DNA of 64,000 nucleotides from an uncultured Planctomycetota bacterium (GTDB taxonomy: Bacteria; Planctomycetota; Planctomycetia; Isosphaerales; Isosphaeraceae): contig CAWJTV010000031.1 in NCBI GenBank assembly GCA_963845755.1, positions 128,001-192,000 on the forward strand. The letters are read 5' to 3'. The stretch's first letter is position 1; each line of letters starts with the position of its first letter. The translations under genes were made by a program, and so were the position numbers. Below are positions 34,972-44,040 of the stretch, in pieces. The notes under the pieces were generated by a model. That model saw nothing but the letters and a program-made list of their open reading frames with translations, had not been told where the DNA came from and ran no database searches.

Positions 34972-36837
34972 CTATTCCGCATGGTTTTTTTGGTTTGCCA
35001 TGACCTCTTCCGGGGAACGAAACTCGTATTCCACCTTCTCGCCGTCGTGAAGCTGTCGGACTCCCTCGAAAACGATCCTGTCGTTCACATCGAGTCCCTT
35101 CTTGATGACGAAGATGTCGTCCAGCTCGTTCTGGATGACGATCTCACGCTGATGCACCACGTCATCTTTGTCGACCACGTAGACGTATCGCTTGTCCATG
35201 ATCTCGTAAGCCGCCCGTATCGGGATGACGGTGGCGTCATGCAAGGTTCGGTGGATCAGGACGGTGCCGGTCTGACCGTGACGCAGCAGGCCGTCCGGGT
35301 TCGGGAAATCCGCCCGGAAGGCGATGTTCCCGGTCTCGTTGTTGAATTGGCCCTCGATCGCACCGATTTTGCCGCTCTGCGGGAACTTGTTGCCGTTTGC
35401 CAGCACGAGTTCGACTTTCGAATCCTCCTTATCCTGCTTCCGGACGGCCATGTATTCGAGGTATTGTTTCTCGGATATATTGAAATAGACCCACATCACG
35501 CTGTTATCGGACAAGGTCGTGAGGATGTCCCCCTCCTTGATCAGGCTGCCTAACTGCTCGTGCAGGCGGTTAACGATGCCATCGAAAGGTGCTCGGACGT
35601 CGGTAAAGTTCAGTTCGCGAATTAAGACTTCGGACCTGGCCAGAGCAATCGCGTCGGAAGGTGTGCTGACGTCGGTAGAGTTCGATTCGGCCTTCGTCAG
35701 GTTCGCTTTGGCCGGTTTGATCTTGAACATCGAATCGCCCTTCTTCACCGCCTGGCCCGCCTTGACTGAGATCTCCTCGAGATGCCCGTTCTCCAAGGCA
35801 CGAACGTTGATGTGGCGTTGCGCGTGGATCTGGCAGACATATTGCTGGGTGATGATGACGTCCGTTGCCTTGGGGCTGGTGACCACGATCTTGTCTGCGT
35901 GGTTTTCCCGTTTTTCCATCACCTCTTCCGGGGCACGAAACTCGTATTTCACCTTCTCGCCGTCGCGAACCTGTAGGATTCCTTCGACAACGATCCTGTC
36001 GCCCACACCGACTCCCTTCTTGATCACATAGATGTCATCCATTTCGTGCTGGGGGACGATCTCGCGCTGATGCACTACGTCATCTTTGCCGACGACGTAA
36101 ACGTACCGCTTATCGAGAAACTCGTAAGTCGCCCGCTGAGGGATGATGATGGCATCATGCAAGGTTCGGTGGATCATGATGGCACCGGCCTGGCCGTGAC
36201 GCAGCAGGCCGTCCGGGTTCGGGAAATCCGCCCGGAAGGCGATGTTCCCGGTCTCGTTGTTGAATTGGGCCCCGATCACACCGATTTTGCCGCTCCGCGG
36301 GAACTTGTTGCCGTTTGCCAGCACGAGTTCGACTTTCCGATCCCCCTGATCCTGCTTCGGGCTGGCCATGTATTCGAGGTACTGGGCCTCGGGTACGTTG
36401 AAATAGACCCACATCACGCGGTTATCGGACAAGGTCGTGAGGATGTCCCTCTCCTTGAGCGGGCTGCCCACTTGCTTGTGGAGGCGGTCGACGATGCCGT
36501 CGAAAGGTGCTTTGATGTTGGTCAAGTTCAATTCGGCCTTCGCCTTGATCTTGAACATCGAATCGCCCTTCTTCACCGCCTGGCCCCCCTTGACTGAGAT
36601 CTCCTCGAGATATCCATCCTGAAATGCATAAATATTGATTTTTAGATGTGCGTGGATTTGGCAGACATGTCGCTGCGTAATGATGACGTCCGTTGCCTTG
36701 GGGCTGGTGACCAGGATCCTCTGGTGCTCCTGGTGGGGCTGCATATTCGCCAACCCCAGGACGCCGCCACTTACAAACACGACGACCAACATGAGGGTTC
36801 TGATGGGTCGCCGTATGGCAAAGACGATGGTATTCAT
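34972..36837 (-). CDS. RND periplasmic adaptor with two tandem MFP domains
   Basis: VTSPKATDVIITQ...APFDGIV...MWVYFN...AFRADFPNPDGLLRHGQ occurs twice in one ORF. Confidence 0.9.
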   Translation of the reverse strand: MNTIVFAIRRPIRTLMLVVVFVSGGVLGLANMQPHQEHQRILVTSPKATDVIITQRHVCQIHAHLKINIYAFQDGYLEEISVKGGQAVKKGDSMFKIKAKAELNLTNIKAPFDGIVDRLHKQVGSPLKERDILTTLSDNRVMWVYFNVPEAQYLEYMASPKQDQGDRKVELVLANGNKFPRSGKIGVIGAQFNNETGNIAFRADFPNPDGLLRHGQAGAIMIHRTLHDAIIIPQRATYEFLDKRYVYVVGKDDVVHQREIVPQHEMDDIYVIKKGVGVGDRIVVEGILQVRDGEKVKYEFRAPEEVMEKRENHADKIVVTSPKATDVIITQQYVCQIHAQRHINVRALENGHLEEISVKAGQAVKKGDSMFKIKPAKANLTKAESNSTDVSTPSDAIALARSEVLIRELNFTDVRAPFDGIVNRLHEQLGSLIKEGDILTTLSDNSVMWVYFNISEKQYLEYMAVRKQDKEDSKVELVLANGNKFPQSGKIGAIEGQFNNETGNIAFRADFPNPDGLLRHGQTGTVLIHRTLHDATVIPIRAAYEIMDKRYVYVVDKDDVVHQREIVIQNELDDIFVIKKGLDVNDRIVFEGVRQLHDGEKVEYEFRSPEEVMANQKNHAE

Positions 36838-37153
36838 GGCCCTTACTGCTCCTGGCGGGTTCGCGGCCGGTTAACATCCACACCTCGGGCGAGAAATCTC
36901 CGATGGCCAGGTTCCTTGCTGTAGACTGCGAAGGAAACGGGCAAATGCACGTCGGATGACGCGATTTCACGAGCATTGCCGGGAGGCACCTCGGCCCGGC
37001 CGATCGTGCGGGCACCCGGGCGACGGTCGATGACGGCGCGCAGTCCCTCGGGGCGATAGCCGGGCCGATCACGGACCTGATGGGAACGTTCGGCCATCCC
37101 CCCCCAACGATCGCGCCCGCGTGATGAGGACGACGCTGGTCGGGGGTATAGTC

Positions 37154-37540
37154 TCAGCAGCGGCGCGGTCGGGCCACTAGCGAGACAGCGTAGGTGAGCC
37201 GTGGGGAGTAAGGCTCGGGACAGGGAGAGGGCAGTACGTCGAAGGATACGGAAGCCAGCGGGGATTTTACGGTCAGTTCATCCTCAATATCGGCGTCCAG
37301 TTCGTCCTCGATATCGGACTGGAGGGAGTCCGCCTCCCTCAAGGAGGGGCGGGCCGACATCGCAAATTGGCCGCTGTACCCATTATTGAGGATGACGAAG
37401 TTGCGCGGGAGGTAGTCGGGAGAGGTGGCTGTAGGGTATGACCCGGTGAGCCGAATCGGTGAACACATCACCGTCAGCAGCAGCGCCACGGCCGCCAGGA
37501 TGCGAATCCCATGATCGACGAAGCGTCCCATCATCGTCAT
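37154..37540 (-). CDS. Small exported hypothetical protein preceding the adaptor gene
   Basis: Signal-like segment, SPIR..DYLPRNF, acidic stretch, ends RPRRC; paralog at 42917. Confidence 0.65.
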   Translation of the reverse strand: MTMMGRFVDHGIRILAAVALLLTVMCSPIRLTGSYPTATSPDYLPRNFVILNNGYSGQFAMSARPSLREADSLQSDIEDELDADIEDELTVKSPLASVSFDVLPSPCPEPYSPRLTYAVSLVARPRRC

Positions 37541-37777
37541 TCAGGTCCCGGGTGCGGTGAAAGGCTCAGAATCCATGCAGCCAGAACACGTACCGGCTAG
37601 CATCAAATCTCAACTTTACCAACGGTTTGGATTGTTGGCTTGTCTGACATTCGCTGGCAGGGCCCATCAAAAAATGCAAGGCTCAACGCGCAATTCGCGG
37701 ATTTCAGCAGGAGTATTGTAGTTCGCGTGAACGTTCTGTCAAGCTTGTTCGCACAGGACGGCAGAACCAGCAGGAGG

Positions 37778-40700
37778 CTACACGTGAACGTGATCGTGTT
37801 CTTCTTCTGCTTCGGCTCGGTGTCCGGCAACCTCACTCAGTGGTCCATGGGTCTCGTCCTTGAGGAGTTTGCGTCCGCCGTCCAGTTGCCCGAATAAATA
37901 ATACAGGCCGGGAATGACCAAGACTCCGATCACCGTGCCCACCAGCATGCCGCCGGCTCCCGTCGTGCCGATGGTTCGGTTGCCGATCGCCCCGGCGCCG
38001 CTGGCCACCACCAACGGAAGCAGACCCGCGATGAACGCGAACGACGTCATCTGAATCGGCCGGAACCGCAGTTTTGCGCCTTCGACCGCCGCCTCCTGGA
38101 GAGACACGCCTTCCAGCCGACGTTGGACCGCGAATTCCACGATCAAGATCGCGTTCTTGCCCAGCAGGCCGACCAACATCACCAGACCAATCTGGGCGTA
38201 CACGTCGTTAGCCAAACCCATGGCCTGCAGGAAGAAGAACGAACCGAAAAGCCCGACCGGCAGCGACAGGATCACGGCCAGCGGCAGGATAAAGCTCTCG
38301 TATTGCCCGACCAACACCAGATAGACGAACGCGACGACGATGAGGAAGATATAGACGGCCTCATTCCCCTTTCTTGACTCGTCATAAGAGAGACCCGACC
38401 AGCCGACGTCGAAACCGTGAGGCAGCGTCTCGAGGCCGACCTCCTTGATCGCCTGGATGGCTTGACCGGTGCTGTAGCCAGCAGCCGGCGCGCATTGAAT
38501 GGCGGCGGAGGTGTACAGGTTATACCGGGTGATCTCATTCAAACCCTGCTTCTTCTTGACCGTCATGAACGCGGAGTAGGGGACCATTGCCCCTTGGTCG
38601 TTCTTGACGAATAAGTTCTCCAGATCCTCGGGGTAGCGCCGGAACTCCGGCTTGGCCTGGACGAAGACCTTGTAGAACTGGTTGAAGCGAATGAATCCCT
38701 GCTCCCAGGTGCTGCCAATGAGGATGTTGAGGTTGTCCATCGCTGCCTTGATCGACACGCCCTTCTGATAGGCCATGTCTTTATTGATGATCAGCTCGTA
38801 CTGCGGATAGTTGGCGGCGTAGAAGGTGAACATGTTCGTCACCTCCTTACGCTTTTTCAGAGTGGCCATGAACTTCTCGGTCACTTCACCAAGATGCTGG
38901 TAATCCGCGGAGAACGTCTTGTCGAGGACGAGCATGGAGATACCCCCGGCGGTGCCGAAGCCGGGAACCGCGGGCGGTTCGAAGAACTCGAGCTTCACGT
39001 TGCTCATCCGGCGGCATTTTTCTTCGAGATCCACAATGATCTGGCGGGCGGTTCGCGTGCGGTCGGCCCAGGTCTTCAGGTTGATGATACAGGTTCCCGA
39101 GTTCGAGCCGCGGCCTTCGGTCAGGACTTCATAACCGGCCAACGAGGTGACGGAGGTGACCTCCTCGATCTCCTTGACGATCTTCTCGAGCTCCTGGGAT
39201 TTGTCGTTGGTGTACTCGAGCGTGGAGCCCGGAGGGGTCTGGAGGACGGCGTAGATGATGCCCTGGTCCTCGCCCGGGATAAACCCCGTCGGGAGCTGCG
39301 TGTTGACAAGAACGATACCGGCGGCAAAACCCCCGACGACGGCCATGGTCAGCGTGCGGCGCGTGGCGATCCGTCGCACGATCGCGGCATAACCGCCCGT
39401 GACCTTCTCGACGGCGCGGTCAAAAGGACCCCGCACCAACGGCAGAAGAATGAGCAGGAAGCCAACCGGCCCCCACAACTCATAGGCCAGATACGTGATT
39501 CCGCCCAGGACCAGCAACCCTCCCAGCGCAAACAGCAGCTTGACTCCGAGTCCGCGCGGCCTTTCCACGTGGCTCGTGTGGAGGTCAGGGTCGGTGCCGT
39601 TCGTGTGGGAGTCAGTGCCGGTGGGGCTGTGGGGCTTGAGAATCATCGCACAGAGTACCGGCGTCAGCGTCAGGGCCACCAGGCCGGACAGAATGATGGA
39701 CGTGGCCATCGTGATCCCAAACTGGCGGTAGAAGGTGCCGACCGCCCCGGGAATGAACGTCACCGGAATGAAGACGGACGTCATCACGAGGGTGATGGCA
39801 ATGATCGCGCCGGAGATCTCCTGCATGACCTCCATGGTTGCCCGGTAGGGCGATAAGTGCTTCTGGGCCATCTTGGCATGCACCGCCTCGACCACCACGA
39901 TCGCATCGTCCACCACGACACCGATCGCGAGTACCATCGCGAAGAGTGTGATCAGGTTGATCGAGAGCCCCATCAACCGCAAGACAAAGAAGGTCCCGAC
40001 CAGCGACACCGGAACCGCGAGTGTCGGGATCAGCGTGGATCGTAAATCCCCGAGGAACATGTAGACCACGAGCGACACCAAAATGAACGCCTCGAGTAGG
40101 GTGTGCAGCACCTTTTCGATCGAGGCGTCCAGGAATTTGGAGACGTCGTAGGCGAATTCGTAGTTCATCCCGGGAGGGAATGATTCCTTCTTGATCAGGT
40201 CGAGTTCCTTCTTGATTTCCTCGATCACCTCGGCGGCGTTGGAGCCGGGAGCCTGCTTGAGAACGATGGACGCCGCGGGATGCCCGTTGATGTCCGAGTA
40301 AATATCGAAGAACTGGGGACCCAACTCCACATCGCCAACGTCCTTGAGCCGCAGGATCTCCCCATCGGCATTTGCTTTTAGAATGATGCTTTCATACTGC
40401 TCTGGCTTGTTAAAGCGCCCGATATAGGTCAACACGTACTCTTTGGATTGCGACGTCTTCCCCGTGGCCTGGCCGAGTCGTCCGGGCGAACCAATCATGC
40501 TCTGTTCCGACAGAGCCTTCATGACATCCTCGGACGACAGGTTGTAGGCACGCATGCGGTCGGGATTCAGCCAAACCCGCATCGCAAAGATGCGGTTGCC
40601 GAGATTCCTGGGGATGCCCATGCCTTTGATCCGCTTGAGCCGGGGCATGACGAAGACGTTGGCAAAGTTGAAGAGGTCTTTCTGGTCGGCGTTTTTATCC

Positions 40701-41134
40701 GTGCTGTAAATGTTCACGTACATCAGCATGCTCGGCACGACCTGGCTGACGAGGATCCCCTCGCGCACCACCAGGGGCGGGAGCTGGAAGAGCACGATGT
40801 TGACCCGGTTTTGCACGTTCACGACATTGATGTTGGGATCCGTGCCCGGCTCGAAGTAGATGATGATCGCCGCCTCGCCGGCACTCGTGGCGGAGGAGGT
40901 GATGAAGCGCATGTTCTGAACGCCGTTGATGGATTGCTCCAACGGGATCAGAACCGATTCGACCAGGACATTGGCGCTGGCGCCGGGATAGGAAATGGAG
41001 ACCATCACGGTCGGCGGCGCGATGTCGGGGAACTGTGCGATCGGCAGGGTCTTGATCCCCAGCACCCCCAGGAATAAGAGGATGATTGAGATGACGATCG
41101 CGAGTGCCGGGCGATGGAGGATTTTTGTGAACAT
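37778..41134 (-). CDS. RND (HAE1-type) efflux permease, copy A
   Basis: Same motifs as copy B, near-identical sequence; C-tail EEEHDHVHV. Confidence 0.95.
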   Translation of the reverse strand: MFTKILHRPALAIVISIILLFLGVLGIKTLPIAQFPDIAPPTVMVSISYPGASANVLVESVLIPLEQSINGVQNMRFITSSATSAGEAAIIIYFEPGTDPNINVVNVQNRVNIVLFQLPPLVVREGILVSQVVPSMLMYVNIYSTDKNADQKDLFNFANVFVMPRLKRIKGMGIPRNLGNRIFAMRVWLNPDRMRAYNLSSEDVMKALSEQSMIGSPGRLGQATGKTSQSKEYVLTYIGRFNKPEQYESIILKANADGEILRLKDVGDVELGPQFFDIYSDINGHPAASIVLKQAPGSNAAEVIEEIKKELDLIKKESFPPGMNYEFAYDVSKFLDASIEKVLHTLLEAFILVSLVVYMFLGDLRSTLIPTLAVPVSLVGTFFVLRLMGLSINLITLFAMVLAIGVVVDDAIVVVEAVHAKMAQKHLSPYRATMEVMQEISGAIIAITLVMTSVFIPVTFIPGAVGTFYRQFGITMATSIILSGLVALTLTPVLCAMILKPHSPTGTDSHTNGTDPDLHTSHVERPRGLGVKLLFALGGLLVLGGITYLAYELWGPVGFLLILLPLVRGPFDRAVEKVTGGYAAIVRRIATRRTLTMAVVGGFAAGIVLVNTQLPTGFIPGEDQGIIYAVLQTPPGSTLEYTNDKSQELEKIVKEIEEVTSVTSLAGYEVLTEGRGSNSGTCIINLKTWADRTRTARQIIVDLEEKCRRMSNVKLEFFEPPAVPGFGTAGGISMLVLDKTFSADYQHLGEVTEKFMATLKKRKEVTNMFTFYAANYPQYELIINKDMAYQKGVSIKAAMDNLNILIGSTWEQGFIRFNQFYKVFVQAKPEFRRYPEDLENLFVKNDQGAMVPYSAFMTVKKKQGLNEITRYNLYTSAAIQCAPAAGYSTGQAIQAIKEVGLETLPHGFDVGWSGLSYDESRKGNEAVYIFLIVVAFVYLVLVGQYESFILPLAVILSLPVGLFGSFFFLQAMGLANDVYAQIGLVMLVGLLGKNAILIVEFAVQRRLEGVSLQEAAVEGAKLRFRPIQMTSFAFIAGLLPLVVASGAGAIGNRTIGTTGAGGMLVGTVIGVLVIPGLYYLFGQLDGGRKLLKDETHGPLSEVAGHRAEAEEEHDHVHV

Positions 41135-41187
41135 GGTCCGGGAACACTCCCGTAGTGTTCGGTGCCGAGAACGTCAGTGAGCGGCTG

Positions 41188-42546
41188 CTATTCCGCGTGG
41201 AATTTTTGGTTCTTAAGGGCCTCTTCCGGCTTACGAAACTCGTATTCCACCTTTCCGTCTTCCTCAATCTCCCGAACCCCTTCGAGAACGATCTTGTCTT
41301 TCACATCAATTCCGCTATTGATGACAAAAACGTCCTCCAGTTCGTGCTGGATGGTGATCAGGTGCCGCTTCGCCTTGTCATCCTCGCCGACGACCCAAAC
41401 GTATCGCTTGTCGAGGAGCTCGAACGTCGCCCGCTGTGGGATGACCAGAGCATTCTTGAGCGTTCGGTGGATCTGGATGGTGCCGGTCTGACCGTGACGC
41501 AGCAGGCCGTCCGGGTTCGGGAAATCCGCCCGGAACGGGATGTTCCCCATCGTGTTGTCGAATTGGCCCTCGATCGCACCGCTGCCGTTGCCCATCTTGC
41601 CGGGATACGGGAACTTATCCTGGTTCGCCAGCACGAGTTCGATTCTGTCCTCGGCCTCATGCTGCTTCCGGTGGGCCATGTATTCGAGGTATTGTTTCTC
41701 GGGTACGTTGAAATAGACCCACATCACGCTGTTATCGGACAAGGTCGTGAGGATGTCCCCCTCCTTGACCAGGCTGCCGAGCTGCTGGCGCTGGCGGTTG
41801 ACGATGCCGTCGAAAGGTGCCTTGACCTTGGCAAAGTTCAATTTGGCCTCCGCCACCTCTAACTTGGCCTGGGCCTTGGCCAGTTTGGCCTTGAACAGTG
41901 CCACCTCATTCGGAGAGATACCGTTTTTCTTGGCCAACGTCTCGGAATAACTTAACTCCATTTTCGCGAAGTTTTTCTCGGCCACCGCGGCTTCCCACTC
42001 TGCCTTGTAAAGAATTGCCAAGGTCTCGAACATCACCTCGCCCTCTTTCACTCGCTGGCCTTCCTTGATCAGGATGGACTTGAGATACCCGTCCTCCAGT
42101 GCACAGACATCAATATGTTGTCGCGAGTGGATCTGGCAGACATATTGCTGGGTGATGATGACCTCTTTTGAGATCGGGGTGGTGACCCAGATCTTCTGTT
42201 CCTCAGCATGGGCCTCCCCCTCGGGCTGGTGAGAATTCGATCCATGCTGCCCGACGATGCGCCCTTTTAATTTCTCGACGTGTACGCTCAGGGTATCAAG
42301 GTGCGCGTAAAGCGTGGAAGTGTTCAGCGACGGGATGTCCACGCGCATCTTGTACAGGCCGAAGACCCCGCCGCCGATCAGGGCGGCGACCAGCAACAAG
42401 GCCATCACCAGCCGTCCCGTGACGGACGACTTCTTGGCTCCAGCATGTTCGATGCGACCTTGGTCGATGGGCGAGCCGTTGAGCTCGATCGATCGATGAT
42501 CAACAAACGTCTCATTGACCATGCCGGACTCAGCAACCCGATTCAT
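41188..42546 (-). CDS. RND periplasmic adaptor (MFP) with complete alpha-hairpin
   Basis: AGGAG RBS before ATG at 42546; TM anchor; IKEGQRVKEG...KAPFDGIV; FRADFPNPDGLLRHGQ. Confidence 0.9.
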   Translation of the reverse strand: MNRVAESGMVNETFVDHRSIELNGSPIDQGRIEHAGAKKSSVTGRLVMALLLVAALIGGGVFGLYKMRVDIPSLNTSTLYAHLDTLSVHVEKLKGRIVGQHGSNSHQPEGEAHAEEQKIWVTTPISKEVIITQQYVCQIHSRQHIDVCALEDGYLKSILIKEGQRVKEGEVMFETLAILYKAEWEAAVAEKNFAKMELSYSETLAKKNGISPNEVALFKAKLAKAQAKLEVAEAKLNFAKVKAPFDGIVNRQRQQLGSLVKEGDILTTLSDNSVMWVYFNVPEKQYLEYMAHRKQHEAEDRIELVLANQDKFPYPGKMGNGSGAIEGQFDNTMGNIPFRADFPNPDGLLRHGQTGTIQIHRTLKNALVIPQRATFELLDKRYVWVVGEDDKAKRHLITIQHELEDVFVINSGIDVKDKIVLEGVREIEEDGKVEYEFRKPEEALKNQKFHAE

Positions 42547-42916
42547 TGCAAGGCTCCTGTTCGACTCTACTCGACGCTGTCCCGATATCTTGGGCAAGAA
42601 AACGCGGTGTGGAATTGGAGGGATTCGAGTACGGAAGGCGATCCGACTCGGTTCGAGGCCGTGGGAGGCGAGGTGGCGCCTGCAAACGCGGGATGATCTT
42701 CTGACCAGGTCGTCGATCGTGGACGTCGGCGTCTGGGTGAGGCCGAACCGACATCCATGAGGGACGTCGAACCCATGCCAGGACCTGGACATTGGCGAGG
42801 CACGGATTGGCCGAGTCGGCGACGTTGATTGCACACCATCCCTCTGGCCGGGCCTGGACGACGCATGAACGACCGGCGACACATCGGCCGGTAATCCGGC
42901 GGCCATCAGAGTACGA

Positions 42917-43282
42917 TCAACAGCGGAGAGGGTAAAGGGAGAGGATCGAGTGGGGGGCGACTAACTGGCGATCGGCGACCTTGCGGAAGGAACAAGGGAT
43001 TAGTAAGGCAACCCGAGGCCCGTCCAGAGCATCAGCCCGCTCCTGCTCTTCACTTTCGGAAGGAAGGGCATCCACCTCCAGGACAGCGTCGGTCGCCATC
43101 GCTGCGCTGAGGTCGGTCGTAGGTTGGCCCAGGGGTAGGACGAAATTACGGCGGAGGCAATCGAGCCGGGTCGAGAAGGAGACGAACCCCGTTGTCCGGA
43201 TCGGCGCAACCAGCACCGACCCCAGTAGCGCCAGCAAGGATGCGAGCCAGAGCGTGGAGGCGAGGCTTTTACGGTCGGGCAT
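42917..43282 (-). CDS. Small exported hypothetical protein preceding the adaptor gene
   Basis: Signal-like segment, APIR..DCLRRNF, acidic stretch, ends YPLRC; paralog at 37154. Confidence 0.65.
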   Translation of the reverse strand: MPDRKSLASTLWLASLLALLGSVLVAPIRTTGFVSFSTRLDCLRRNFVLPLGQPTTDLSAAMATDAVLEVDALPSESEEQERADALDGPRVALLIPCSFRKVADRQLVAPHSILSLYPLRC

Positions 43283-43518
43283 AGCCCTTCGCTTCTCGAG
43301 CGTCGTGATTTGAGGCTGACTCGCCCGCCTTCGGCGAGGTGACCCTCGATCAGGTTGCTTCGCGAATTCTCCGGCTGGCCGGGTGAAACCCACGGCCTCG
43401 TAATATATATACTCTGAATCGACGCGCGAAGGGACCCCAAAATTCCGGACAAACAACACACGATATCCAAGTCGTAAAATTTATAGCTTCGCTATCGACG
43501 GAAGTCAAGAGACGGCGC

Positions 43519-43848
43519 ATGGTTGTTCGAAACATGATAAACGATCCCGGATGGACATTCCTGAGTAACCACGCCCGCGTGCTACGTTTCATCGCAAAAG
43601 AGTCCGAAGTGCGCCTCCGAGAAGTGGCACATCGGGTGGGGATTACCGAGCGGGCCGTCCAACGGATCGTGGCCGAGCTCGAGGAGGGAGGTTACCTCTC
43701 ACGTTCGCGCGCGGGGCGGCGGAATCGCTACGAGGCGCACCTGGACCGCGCGATGGGGCATTCGGTCGAGTCGCGCCGCGAGGTGGGCGTGCTCCTCAAC
43801 CTCATCCTCCGGCCCGGCCAACCCGATTTGGGAGGCCCGGAGAGCTGA
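43519..43848 (+). CDS. Winged helix-turn-helix regulator (MarR/AsnC-like)
   Basis: WTFLSNHARVL..RLREVAHRVGITERAVQRIVAELEEGGYLSR..GRRNRY. Confidence 0.88.
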   Translation: MVVRNMINDPGWTFLSNHARVLRFIAKESEVRLREVAHRVGITERAVQRIVAELEEGGYLSRSRAGRRNRYEAHLDRAMGHSVESRREVGVLLNLILRPGQPDLGGPES

Positions 43849-44040
43849 CACAGGTCGCGACGAACCTCTCTGGGGCTCGTCGGGAACTGGTCCGAGAGAT
43901 CCCCGGTCGCGACCCGGATCCTCGCCAACCAACGCTTGCAGGGCGTCGAACCCGCATGAGCGATGGACCTGGAAGGCCGTCGCCTGGTCAGTCGCCCCCA
44001 CGCAGAACCCAGGCCTTCTTGTTGTGCTCTCGCCAACCGG

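Noticed and set aside
31550..41134. RND duplication as a pure assembly artefact
   Set aside because: Copies differ by scattered substitutions, a 27-bp in-frame indel and distinct C-tails, and have different neighbouring genes
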